From assembly GCA_001600815.1 (NCBI GenBank), contig BCKZ01000002.1, positions 1,682,294 through 1,746,293 of the forward strand: a stretch of DNA of 64,000 nucleotides, given 5' to 3'. Positions 1 through 10,659 of the stretch are shown piece by piece. Made by a program: the position numbers and the translations under genes. Position 1 is the stretch's first letter; each line of letters opens with the position of its first letter. The notes under the pieces are model-generated. The model did no database searches, was not told the DNA's origin, and saw only the letters and a list, made by a program, of their open reading frames with translations. Source of the DNA: Alloascoidea hylecoeti (taxonomy: Eukaryota).

Positions 1-243
1 CATACGTTTACAATAATTACAATTTAAATTCTAAATGTTCATGTGCTACAATTTAAACGTGCATGAAAATCAATATATGATCATTATAGATACCCAAATA
101 AATAAACAATTAGATCATTTTAACCAAAAAGTAGAAACAATAAGGAGTAGAAAGGAATGTGTATGATAGCATTATGTGCTAATATAAGTAGAACATAAAA
201 CTAAACGAAACGAAAAAAAAAATTACACTAAGGGTCATTGATA

Positions 244-1375
244 TCAAGTGGTCTTAGTTGTCAATTTAGTGTTTTTCTTGGCTTCAGTCTCTTCTTCTTC
301 ATCACTATCAGCAACCAAAAATGGGTCATGGTTATCAATTGAGGTAGGCTCAACAGCATTTAAAGGCTCCCATTTACTTCCGGACCCAATCTTAGTGATA
401 GGTTTAGGAGCAGGTGCAACTTCAGGTGAGGATAAAGCAGTTGGTTTAGTGGGTCTTTTTGGTTGGGAAGGAGGATCATCATCAACCAACTTAATTTGAC
501 TAAAATCAGAATTTAATTCTTCGGGATCATGATCAAAGTTATTACTTCTTCTTGGCTTATTAACATTAGTTCTATAAGATCCATGAGTTACGCTTGTGTC
601 GTTTGACTCTTCACCAAAAGCATCAAAAAGTTTTGGAGGTTGAGAAGATTTTGGTCGTTGATGCTGTTGAGATCCTTGATTAGATTGCTCGTGATATAAT
701 TGAGTATCATCATCATCTTCAAATTTTTTCCTTAAACTTGTCATCCAATTGTTAATTTTAGTGCTTGTCTCTTGTACACCTTTTTGGAATTGTTCCTTCA
801 ACTGTGGTAAATCATGTTCAAGGAAACTAGATTCTTCTTGGTTGTTTGTGTGATGGCGGTCAGTTCTTTGATTTCCATACAAATCACTGTATTGCTCTCT
901 CTCAGGTCTTTCCTGTCGAGTTTCTTGGGCATACTGCTTTGCTAAACGACGAGCTAGTCTTTCATCTTCATCTATTTGAGGATCCAAATAGTTTGATCTA
1001 GGGAGTGGTTGAGGTGGCAATATTTCTGGTTTATAGGATGGATCAGACAAAACTATAAAACGACACATGTTAATTATAAACAAATCAATACTTTTGAATC
1101 AAAATAATGAACATACACAGTAGACCATTGAAAGCAGGATCAACTTTACCTCTGCTAGCAATTAATAAGGCCTTAATATATTTCTCTTCTATGTTTGGGA
1201 ATGCCTCTTTTAGTGTTTGGGTTGATTTAGAGAGTGGAGACAATGGACGGGGTGGCTTCGGTGGCCCTTCTGGTGATGCTTCAACTTCAGGAGTCACCTC
1301 TGCCGCAATTACAGGCGATGCTGGTTCGGGCACATTTTCTGTAGATACAGGAGTCGATTTTGGTTCTTCACTCAT
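244..1375 (-). CDS. CUE5: CUE-domain ubiquitin/Atg8 adaptor (Cue5), 2 exons (1375-1117, 1052-244)
   Basis: Splicing the GTATGT...TAG intron 1116-1053 joins two ORFs into LKEAFPNIEEKYIKALLIASRGKVDPAFNGLLFLSDP (Cue5 CUE domain). Also QIDEDERLARRL and a C-terminal WEPL Atg8-interacting-type motif. Confidence 0.9.
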
Positions 1376-2684
1376 GGTTCAATGATACAATGGTACGATG
1401 ATGTGCTTAAAGCTAAAATAAGGGTTGTTTTATAAATGTGACAATGAGACCCTTGTTTACTACTCCCTTGTGTAAATTTCAGCACCGATTGTATAAAAGT
1501 TTTCAAAATTGAAACTATTTTCTTCTTCATTAATTTTATGTCTCTGAAAATTTGCTAGAACTCGTTTTTACTTTCCTCCATTAATTACGGGCGTGGACAG
1601 CAGAGCTAGAGTAAACTTCACTAATGGTGGTTGTTTAGGACCCTTCAATCCTAGATATCTATGGGTTTAGTCTTTATGGACTAGATTTCTTTAATCATTG
1701 GTGGAACACTTTAATTATTATAGTCAATTGTTATATAGAATAAATTAATGCTAATTGCACTTCTAATCAAAGTAGACATACGTTTGGTGAAAAGTTTTTG
1801 AAAATACTGTCTCACGAAAAGAAAAATCTTTTAAACTCTTATTAATATCATCAATCTGTCTTACTTCATCTTCTTCATCAATCTGATAAATTATAAATAT
1901 AACGGATTACTTTTCTCATTACAAACTTATTTACTTTATCAGACGGTACCGGCACCTTAAATATAGGCACCAGGAGGGGTATGGAACAACTTCGGGCGTC
2001 AAAAAATAAGTTTTTGAATACCGACAATTGGTAATCAGCTTGGCCTAAATTAAGTGGTATCGCTGTACTATAGCCTAATTTACGAACGAATGTTTACTCA
2101 AATATAGGCGAAGCTGTCATTAACGCAAAGTAGTGTAATAATCTTATTAGTATTACATACCGTGTTCGTCTCAATTTAAGTCACTCCAAACTGGTCCAGG
2201 AAATGTTACCGGACTGAGGAGCCAGGACCCGTATTATCCAGATTCCATACAGTACAGTACGAATGGCGAGACCTATCACTTGATCAAAATAACCGATCTT
2301 GATGATGCTCATCAGAATATGAAGTAAAGTACTCTAATTCTAATCAAGCTATATCTGGTTGCAACTGAGTTTAGTGAGTGGTTATGTATTTCACATTCCA
2401 GATAAAGTGTAAAACAGTAATTCTTTAAAGCTAGAAAGATCCTTCAATATGATGATATAATGTTTATGACATCTATAAATCACAATATTAGACCTAAATA
2501 TAATATCAAAGGGAACAGTGAAATCAGAAAACGTTTTAAAGGCTATTTTTTTATGGGATCTACTAATATAACTTATATATATCCATTACAATTAGTATTC
2601 TAATAATTTAATCTTTTTTAGAGCCCATTTAAAGTTATTTAGATACTAGAAACGAATAAAATCATAATCTTCATATTTACTATT

Positions 2685-3862
2685 TCAGGACATCGTTCGG
2701 TTTTGGTATTGGTATCCAAGCGTTTCATCATCTTCATCAATGGGTTCAACCTCAATCTTCTTATCAAGATAGGGGTTTTCTCCATTCCTTTCTTTCATTA
2801 ATCTTTCGACCATGAGATATTTAACATCGGTGCCAACATAATTTATAACTTCAGGATCCTAAAATGAAATTGTTAATTTATAACAATTGACATTCATAAA
2901 GAACATATATGTTCTAGACTTACTTCTAATCTCATAAAAGGGTTGTATTTCTTTTCATCACCAATTGTAAAATATCCAGTGGTATATTCATTTTCTTTAC
3001 TGAATTTTGCTAATTTATCAACATCAGGATTGGATAGAATTTTTTGAGCAAATGTGACATTTTTAGCGGTGTATTCATGTCCAGGCTATAACAATAAATG
3101 AGGGGTTAGATAATCAATTGCAATCTTCTAATTGATCATAATATCATTAATATCAATTTTTTAGATAGTTGCACACTTACATAAACAACAGTATCATCAG
3201 GTAAATTTCCCAAGACTTTATTTAACGCTCTATTCATGTCTTCACCGAAACCTTCATTAAGATCACCACAACCAGCTGTAAATAACGTATCACCGGTAAA
3301 GACAACCCTTTCATTTGTAATCTTATCTTCTATATAATAACACTTTGAGTCGATGGTATGACCTTGTGTGAATAAAACTGATACTGTTAAACTAGAGCCC
3401 AATGGCCATGATGTTCCATAGCATGGAAGTCTAGTTACTAAATATGAATTTTTACCAGCTATAATTGGTAAAGAGGGGTAGATTTCATGCTAAAATTAAA
3501 AAGAGAAATTGTTAAATTATGACATAAATATAAAGCAGGTGGTTAACAAGATTGTTTACTAACCAATTCTTTATTAGCACCAGAATGATCATGATGATGA
3601 TGAGTATTAACAATTCCGACCAGTTTAATATCACCGGATTCTTCTAACTCTCTTATTACTGGTACAACGCTATAAATCAAGAGCATTAGTAATGTAATTG
3701 CTATTAATAAAAAAAGAAATGGATTAATTGAATTTCAATAAATGCTTACTCGCTTGCCACTCCGGCATCAATAATATAAGAATCCCTTGTAGGTTCATCA
3801 GTAACAATATAGGCATAATTATTACCAACACCCCAACGCATTGGAATACATTTAACAATCAT
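2685..3862 (-). CDS. GLO2: Hydroxyacylglutathione hydrolase (glyoxalase II), 5 exons
   Basis: MIVKCIPMRWGVGNNYAYIVTDE start, THHHHDHSG metallo-beta-lactamase motif, VFTGDTLFTAGCG, PGHEYT, YNPFMR. Introns at about 3749-3670, 3563-3490, 3180-3086 and 2923-2859 have GT..AG ends. Confidence 0.9.
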
Positions 3863-4026
3863 TGTGAGTGCTACTAAAATATAAGGCTTTAAGGGAAGGA
3901 TTGGAAAAAAGATAATGAGGATGAAGAAGCGTTCAGCAAAAATGTAGGTTCCATTTCAATGATTTCCATTTCTTTTTAGGGATAAAGCATATAAAATTAA
4001 AGACAAGTTATGGATCTGGGCGTGTG

Positions 4027-4083
4027 CACGTGGTTATGATTATTCAAATGATTAATGGATTAGTCATACAATATTTCCACGTG
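4027..4083. promoter_or_regulatory. Two CACGTG E-boxes upstream of GLO2 (Cbf1/Pho4/Tye7-type site)
   Basis: CACGTG at 4027-4032 and 4078-4083, 165-220 bp upstream of the ATG; function not demonstrable from sequence. Confidence 0.35.
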
Positions 4084-4555
4084 ATGATGAGCCTCAGTTC
4101 CTTATGTTTTGGTAGTGTAGTAAGTTCCGGGAAAGAAGTTCTACATACTGTATCATTCTTTAACTAATATATGGGTGAATAGACTTGCTTGATCGGTGTT
4201 TCTAACAGGTTTGAGTGAGATATAAGCCTAGAGTGTCTAATTTTAGAGGCCAATTGCTTAATCCTGTTACCTATTATCAAAAATCAATCATTAAAGTGTC
4301 GTTAAGACCCTCATAAAGTCTTGTTTGACTTGGGTATTATTATGATTACCTTCACAAATCAGCACCACTCTAGTATAAATTTAGAGCATGGAAGAAATTT
4401 TATTTAAAAGTGAAATAGCAATTATTGTATTCATCTTACTTTAATCTTATAAAAAAGGCATCATTAAAATTCAATGATCGAATCTAATAAAACATTTTTT
4501 ATTACGACTTTCACTATTATGGTCTTCAGTTTTAAGGTTTATAATAGTTTAAAAT

Positions 4556-5030
4556 ATGAACCCCATGAATCAAGGAAGAATTGCAACAATGTTTCCACTC
4601 CTGTTTAAAAGATCATGCTTTTTTCATTGACACGTTTATTTCCCAGATAAGTAAACAAAACAACTAAAGGAGTTACAACTTTTGATGAATCATCTCGAAA
4701 TTTTCAATCACAACCCATTACAAATCATAAACTTTCAATATTCTAAAGTTTCAATAGTCCCCTCTTATCAGAATTGGAAATACATCAAATTTATCAAGTA
4801 TTTCAGATTTAAATTCAAATATTAATCTCTTGTAATTGAAATAGAAGAAATGCAACTACAAATATTGATTCCCATAATTATACACAAATCATAAGTATTA
4901 TGATAATAATAGACATGGCAGGCATACAAAGATAATGTTAGATTCCCAACAATATTGGTATATTTACCACTAAAAAAAAGTTTCGGATATCATTGGTGGT
5001 GCTACTCTTAGAAGACGCGATGTAATAGTA
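4556..5030 (+). pseudogene. Degenerate partial copy of SDC1/Dpy-30 (left outer arm of palindrome 1)
   Basis: 4928-5015 aaagataatgttagattcccaacaatattgg...tttcggatatcattggtggtgctactcttagaaga aligns to SDC1 52481-52570 aaagataatgttaaatttccaacaaaattacc...cttcggatttaattggtggtgctaatgttagaaga (DNVRFPT..SDIIGGATLRR vs DNVKFPT..SDLIGGANVRR). It carries frameshifts and stops. Confidence 0.8.
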
Positions 5031-5372
5031 GAAAAAGTCATTAATGAACCATTGTTCTTGGCTTTTTTAAGGNTTTGNTACATCTAATTCTCGCCGTTAA
5101 TCCGTTTAAAGTATTGATGGTTTTGAATGCAAACATACGAGGCTATTACAAGTACACATACTCTATGAATATCATATTATTATTATTATGTTAATATTTT
5201 ATTAAATTGTTATACGTGTATAAAATCATATTAATTTACTATGTTAGACTTTTATAATACTTTGCTTTTCTTGTTGTAGTCCAAATACCCCTTATTATCA
5301 TGATACCAGATACTTTTGATTACTTTGAAATTGATTCCAAAATAGATTCCAATAACAAACTCATTTGTAAAA

Positions 5373-6296
5373 TCATTGAAAACACAGATTCTTATGTGAG
5401 GTTAATTTATTAGAGGAATCAAACCTTTTGTTACAATTATGACACCAATAGTTCAATTCTCCATTATGAATGCGTTTAAAATGATTATCCAAGGCTGCTG
5501 TTCCTTTGAATGCTTTGGGACAGTTTTTGCAAAGGTATTTCCCTTCTACTGTAATTGCAGCGTAATTTACGTCTGCTCTCTTTGAGTGCAACTCGACTGG
5601 AGCAATTTTCTTATGATTAAGCTTATGGTTATGATTCTGATTCTGATTCTGATTATGATTCTGATTCTGATTATGATTATGATTATGATTCTGATTCTGA
5701 TTCTGATTCTGATTCTGATTCTGATTCTGATTCTGATTCTGATTCTGATTCTGATCCTGATTCTGATCCTGATTCTGATTCTGACTGATTAAAAGACTAC
5801 CATCATCATAACTGTAATCAAATTGTATTAAAAATTCGTTTAAATCTGGCTTAAAACTGTTAAATTTAACTCGAGGAACTTCATACTGATTATTATTATG
5901 AATCTGATTATCATCATCATTATAATTAGTTAGCAAGTGTAGATCATTTGGGATTAACTGGTCCTGAAATATTTCTTCATCATTAATATTATGATTATAA
6001 TTTGATAAATATTCATTTGGATTAAATTGAAGCAAAAGATCTTCAGAATAAATATCATTATTAATATGATTTGAATTATCATTTATTAATGTATCTAATT
6101 CACGTTCAGGAACTGTAGGTGGTAAATTTCCCCAATTTTCATCAGTAGTTGTTTCCGATGCTGGTTGTGCTGGGACGTCACATATATTATACTCAGGGTT
6201 AAGAGACTCATACTTCAGTGAGAATACCTGCTCTTTGAATTCATGAAGCATATCTTCATTATTAGAAACTAGTAACAACCCGTTTGAAGAATTCAT
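5373..6296 (-). CDS. 307-aa zinc-finger protein: acidic N-terminus, QN/HN repeat, C2H2 + C2HC fingers; copy A
   Basis: YLCKNCPKAFKGTAALDNHFKRIH and YWCHNCNKRFDSSNKLTSHKNLC; ATG in AAAA context; translation identical to 7357-8280. Confidence 0.88.
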   Translation of the reverse strand: MNSSNGLLLVSNNEDMLHEFKEQVFSLKYESLNPEYNICDVPAQPASETTTDENWGNLPPTVPERELDTLINDNSNHINNDIYSEDLLLQFNPNEYLSNYNHNINDEEIFQDQLIPNDLHLLTNYNDDDNQIHNNNQYEVPRVKFNSFKPDLNEFLIQFDYSYDDGSLLISQNQNQDQNQDQNQNQNQNQNQNQNQNQNQNQNHNHNHNQNQNHNQNQNQNHNHKLNHKKIAPVELHSKRADVNYAAITVEGKYLCKNCPKAFKGTAALDNHFKRIHNGELNYWCHNCNKRFDSSNKLTSHKNLCFQ

Positions 6297-7356
6297 TTTT
6301 ATAAGTTATGTAGTATGTGATAACCAAATTATAAAGAAATGATTATGGTGGATTGTAAAAAAAAGAGAAAAAAGTAAGAGTGTGTTAAAATAGTTGTTAA
6401 GTGAAAAAATACTCAACTTTCCTTATTCTTTCCATTTTATTCCAATGAAGAGGACTGTAGTGTTTCTTTTCGGTATCATGCAAGTATTCGATCTTTGAAA
6501 AGGATCAAGGTTTAAGCATGTTACAAATCTAGTAATAACAATCCCCCACATAGTCATAGCCTCCGTTTATAGCATATCAGAAAGAAAAAATGATTTTTTA
6601 TTGTTATGAAATTCTCTAAAGATATTAATATATTAGACATTGGAACTGTTAAAATTGTATAAAATTGTAATAGTGGATGTTCTTAGAATGATCTTTACAT
6701 TCAATATATTATAAGATATATAGATAGATTATAGGATACTAACCACTTTACACGGTGAATGTTCGGTCACTTCAGGGTCTGGATGGAAAAGTAAATAATA
6801 GACTAAAACCCTACTAAGTCTTGGAAGTAAGTATAAGGAAGCCTTGTGTGTAATTCTTATGGTATGGGTTGCAATTTGGACAGGTGGCTTTACTTCACCG
6901 TGTAAAGTGGTTAGTATCCTATAATCTATCTATATATCTTATAATATATTGAATGTAAAGATCATTCTAAGAACATCCACTATTACAATTTTATACAATT
7001 TTAACAGTTCCAATGTCTAATATATTAATATCTTTAGAGAATTTCATAACAATAAAAAATCATTTTTTCTTTCTGATATGCTATAAACGGAGGCTATGAC
7101 TATGTGGGGGATTGTTATTACTAGATTTGTAACATGCTTAAACCTTGATCCTTTTCAAAGATCGAATACTTGCATGATACCGAAAAGAAACACTACAGTC
7201 CTCTTCATTGGAATAAAATGGAAAGAATAAGGAAAGTTGAGTATTTTTTCACTTAACAACTATTTTAACACACTCTTACTTTTTTCTCTTTTTTTTACAA
7301 TCCACCATAATCATTTCTTTATAATTTGGTTATCACATACTACATAACTTATAAAA

Positions 7357-8280
7357 ATGAATTCTTCAAACGGGTTGTTACTAGTTTCTAATAATGAAGA
7401 TATGCTTCATGAATTCAAAGAGCAGGTATTCTCACTGAAGTATGAGTCTCTTAACCCTGAGTATAATATATGTGACGTCCCAGCACAACCAGCATCGGAA
7501 ACAACTACTGATGAAAATTGGGGAAATTTACCACCTACAGTTCCTGAACGTGAATTAGATACATTAATAAATGATAATTCAAATCATATTAATAATGATA
7601 TTTATTCTGAAGATCTTTTGCTTCAATTTAATCCAAATGAATATTTATCAAATTATAATCATAATATTAATGATGAAGAAATATTTCAGGACCAGTTAAT
7701 CCCAAATGATCTACACTTGCTAACTAATTATAATGATGATGATAATCAGATTCATAATAATAATCAGTATGAAGTTCCTCGAGTTAAATTTAACAGTTTT
7801 AAGCCAGATTTAAACGAATTTTTAATACAATTTGATTACAGTTATGATGATGGTAGTCTTTTAATCAGTCAGAATCAGAATCAGGATCAGAATCAGGATC
7901 AGAATCAGAATCAGAATCAGAATCAGAATCAGAATCAGAATCAGAATCAGAATCAGAATCAGAATCATAATCATAATCATAATCAGAATCAGAATCATAA
8001 TCAGAATCAGAATCAGAATCATAACCATAAGCTTAATCATAAGAAAATTGCTCCAGTCGAGTTGCACTCAAAGAGAGCAGACGTAAATTACGCTGCAATT
8101 ACAGTAGAAGGGAAATACCTTTGCAAAAACTGTCCCAAAGCATTCAAAGGAACAGCAGCCTTGGATAATCATTTTAAACGCATTCATAATGGAGAATTGA
8201 ACTATTGGTGTCATAATTGTAACAAAAGGTTTGATTCCTCTAATAAATTAACCTCACATAAGAATCTGTGTTTTCAATGA
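7357..8280 (+). CDS. 307-aa zinc-finger protein, copy B (head-to-head with copy A)
   Basis: Identical translation to 5373-6296; lies in the right palindrome arm. Confidence 0.88.
   Translation: MNSSNGLLLVSNNEDMLHEFKEQVFSLKYESLNPEYNICDVPAQPASETTTDENWGNLPPTVPERELDTLINDNSNHINNDIYSEDLLLQFNPNEYLSNYNHNINDEEIFQDQLIPNDLHLLTNYNDDDNQIHNNNQYEVPRVKFNSFKPDLNEFLIQFDYSYDDGSLLISQNQNQDQNQDQNQNQNQNQNQNQNQNQNQNQNHNHNHNQNQNHNQNQNQNHNHKLNHKKIAPVELHSKRADVNYAAITVEGKYLCKNCPKAFKGTAALDNHFKRIHNGELNYWCHNCNKRFDSSNKLTSHKNLCFQ
7870..8028 (+). repeat. (CAGAAT)n/(CATAAT)n coding hexamer microsatellite giving poly-QN/HN; mirror copy at about 5625-5783
   Basis: Directly visible tandem array with the same interruptions in both arms. 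Confidence 0.95.
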
Positions 8281-8622
8281 TTTTACAAATGAGTTTGTTA
8301 TTGGAATCTATTTTGGAATCAATTTCAAAGTAATCAAAAGTATCTGGTATCATGATAATAAGGGGTATTTGGACTACAACAAGAAAAGCAAAGTATTATA
8401 AAAGTCTAACATAGTAAATTAATATGATTTTATACACGTATAACAATTTAATAAAATATTAACATAATAATAATAATATGATATTCATAGAGTATGTGTA
8501 CTTGTAATAGCCTCGTATGTTTGCATTCAAAACCATCAATACTTTAAACGGATTAACGGCGAGAATTAGATGTANCAAANCCTTAAAAAAGCCAAGAACA
8601 ATGGTTCATTAATGACTTTTTC

Positions 8623-9143
8623 TACTATTACATCGCGTCTTCTAAGAGTAGCACCACCAATGATATCCGAAACTTTTTTTTAGTGGTAAATATACCAATA
8701 TTTTTGGGAATCTAACATTATCTTTTTCATGGGCTAGTATGATTATTATGATTATTATGATGATTTGGTGTACAATTATGGAAATTTATATTTGAGGTTG
8801 AATTTTTTGTATTTGAAATAGAAGAGTTATTTGAAGTTGGATTTGAATTGAAATTAGATTTAAATATGATACATTTGATAGCTTCGATATATTTTTCCAT
8901 GATGATATTTGATTTGATGAAAGTATTGAAACTTTATAATATAAAATAGGTTGTTTTAATTGTAAATTTGGATTTGAATCATCAGGAGTTGTACCCCCTT
9001 TTATTGTTTTGTGTATATTTGGTATTAAATAATCATTCGACTGTGCAATAAACTTGTAAATGAATTCTGTCATATGTATTCATCAGAATTGGAATTGTTG
9101 GTGAAGTTCCTTTTTGATTCCCTTCTCGATTCTTGTGATTCAT
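8623..9143 (-). pseudogene. Degenerate partial copy of SDC1/Dpy-30 (right outer arm of palindrome 1)
   Basis: ORF 8786-9073 NLQLKQPILYYKVSILSSNQISSWKNISKLSNVSYLN matches SDC1 exon 2 NLQSQQPILYSQVSIPSSNQIASVKNTSIFSNVSNLN; frameshifted on both sides. Confidence 0.85.
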
Positions 9144-9486
9144 ATTTTAAACGATTAAATGATATCGAGAGGAATAATCAAGAAAACACATAATTATAAG
9201 TAGCTTACTAATTACCACTACAATAAATAATACAAAAACCAAGGTTATAATAAATATCTAATTCCCCTATATAATTTAATTGTTCTGTTACAGCTAATGT
9301 GTTTTACAGTATCAACTTATATACTCTAGTTATTAAAGATAAAGCATGTTCCAAACCTTTAACATATTCTCATAATGTAAAAATAAAACCAACCATAAAA
9401 CCAACCATAAAACCATAAAACCATAAAACCATAAATTCATAAATCTGTGAGTGAGATTAAAACATAATAGATATAAAATCTATAGC

Positions 9487-10452
9487 TTACAGTTGTATCA
9501 CACCACTAGCATAACTAACACTATTATCCCAAATGTTTTTAGCTTTGCTTGATTGTGCATAACCCAACCATTCAATATTCCCTTTCTTATCAGGAATAAT
9601 ACCTTCATTTTTCATAGTTTCAAATAGTGCAAGGAGAATTGATAATGGTTTCCGACCACAAATTGTAACATCTGTATCATCAACATAATCATTGAATTTA
9701 TCAAATGAACCAGTAGATAAGATATCCATTGCTTTTTTATCCATATATTCAATTGATTTGTATATTGGGATATCAATCTTGCTATTTTTACCTAATGTAG
9801 ATACACTACTAACGCTCTTGTCTTTTGTATAATTGGTATAATTGAAATTACCACCCCAATGAATGAAATCAGTAGATATAACAAAGGCAGTAGTTGGATC
9901 TTTAACATAAGGAGCCAATAATGAAGCTAATTTACGTTCATAAGAATGTGAAGTATGACCTACCATAATAGGAACAATTTTCGGGAAGTCCGCAACTTGA
10001 GATTCATCATTTCCAGATGATTTTAAATGATTTTCAAAAGCTTTGTATAAAAAAGGTAAATGCATTTCGAAACTATGTTCGTCTTCTTCAACACCAAGTG
10101 ACATTTTTTTTATACCTTTCTCTTCTAATTCATTAACAAGATCGGTATCAACCTGTAATTGGCCAAAGGGTGTATCATACGCAGAAACACCACTTATCAA
10201 AGATCCGCGAAAGTAAACATGATGTGATGGACCTAACATTATTATTCTTTTAACATTTTCCGGATCCCAAGTAGTATATGTTTGTGCTAACACTTGTCCA
10301 CAAAACCGGTACCCAGCATGTGGGCCGATAAGGATTCTTGTTCCTGGCAACGGAGTACACGCTTTTGAGAAATAGGAGTCGATCTGAGTTTTGAGGAGTA
10401 TAGGATTATCGGAATACCACGATCCGGCATGAGTTGCAGCACGAAGTACCAT
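9487..10452 (-). CDS. MHO1: MEMO1 family protein
   Basis: RAATHAGSWY, PHAGY, LGPSHH, EHSFEMHLP, STDFIHWG, TICGRKP and SVSYAS motifs. Confidence 0.95.
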   Translation of the reverse strand: MVLRAATHAGSWYSDNPILLKTQIDSYFSKACTPLPGTRILIGPHAGYRFCGQVLAQTYTTWDPENVKRIIMLGPSHHVYFRGSLISGVSAYDTPFGQLQVDTDLVNELEEKGIKKMSLGVEEDEHSFEMHLPFLYKAFENHLKSSGNDESQVADFPKIVPIMVGHTSHSYERKLASLLAPYVKDPTTAFVISTDFIHWGGNFNYTNYTKDKSVSSVSTLGKNSKIDIPIYKSIEYMDKKAMDILSTGSFDKFNDYVDDTDVTICGRKPLSILLALFETMKNEGIIPDKKGNIEWLGYAQSSKAKNIWDNSVSYASGVIQL

Positions 10453-10659
10453 TTTGATGTTGTTATCTTTAAATATCTAAAATATTTAAAATATGAATAA
10501 TGATGGATCTAAATATGTGGTTAAATATGGTTCTTCAAAAGTGCGATCATGTGATCGTGAATCATAATTAAAATTAAATTATATACATTTATGTACAATG
10601 CGTAAAACTTATAAGTAAACATTTAAGAACGTATTCTCATTAGTAATTGTTTATTTATA

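Larger units (their letters stand above)
4928..8725. repeat. Palindrome 1: inverted arms 4928-6759 and 6894-8725 with a 134-bp spacer (6760-6893)
   Basis: Mirror positions sum to 13653 at the ORF ends, at both boundaries and at the N calls (5073/8580, 5078/8575). One mismatch seen (4950/8703); interior spot-checked as identical. Diverged inverted homology continues out to about 4545 and 9155. Confidence 0.97.

Noticed and set aside
5586..8067. 68-aa poly-IL ORFs (5586-5792 and 7861-8067) that look like membrane peptides or toxins
   Set aside because: They are antisense readings of the CAGAAT microsatellite inside the ZnF genes.
5373..8280. Hairpin-RNA (RNAi) locus
   Set aside because: The genes point away from the centre, so their mRNAs are not self-complementary; it would need a read-through transcript for which the sequence gives no evidence.
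4928..8725. Palindromes as TIR transposons or as inverted-repeat centromeres
   Set aside because: No transposase between the arms, no target-site duplication seen, spacers only 52-134 bp, the arms are themselves genes, and there are three such structures in 52 kb.
9381..9445. (AAACCAT)-type short tandem repeat downstream of MHO1; CRISPR-like arrays generally
   Set aside because: Simple microsatellite with no repeat-spacer structure; the sequence is eukaryotic and no CRISPR array is present.
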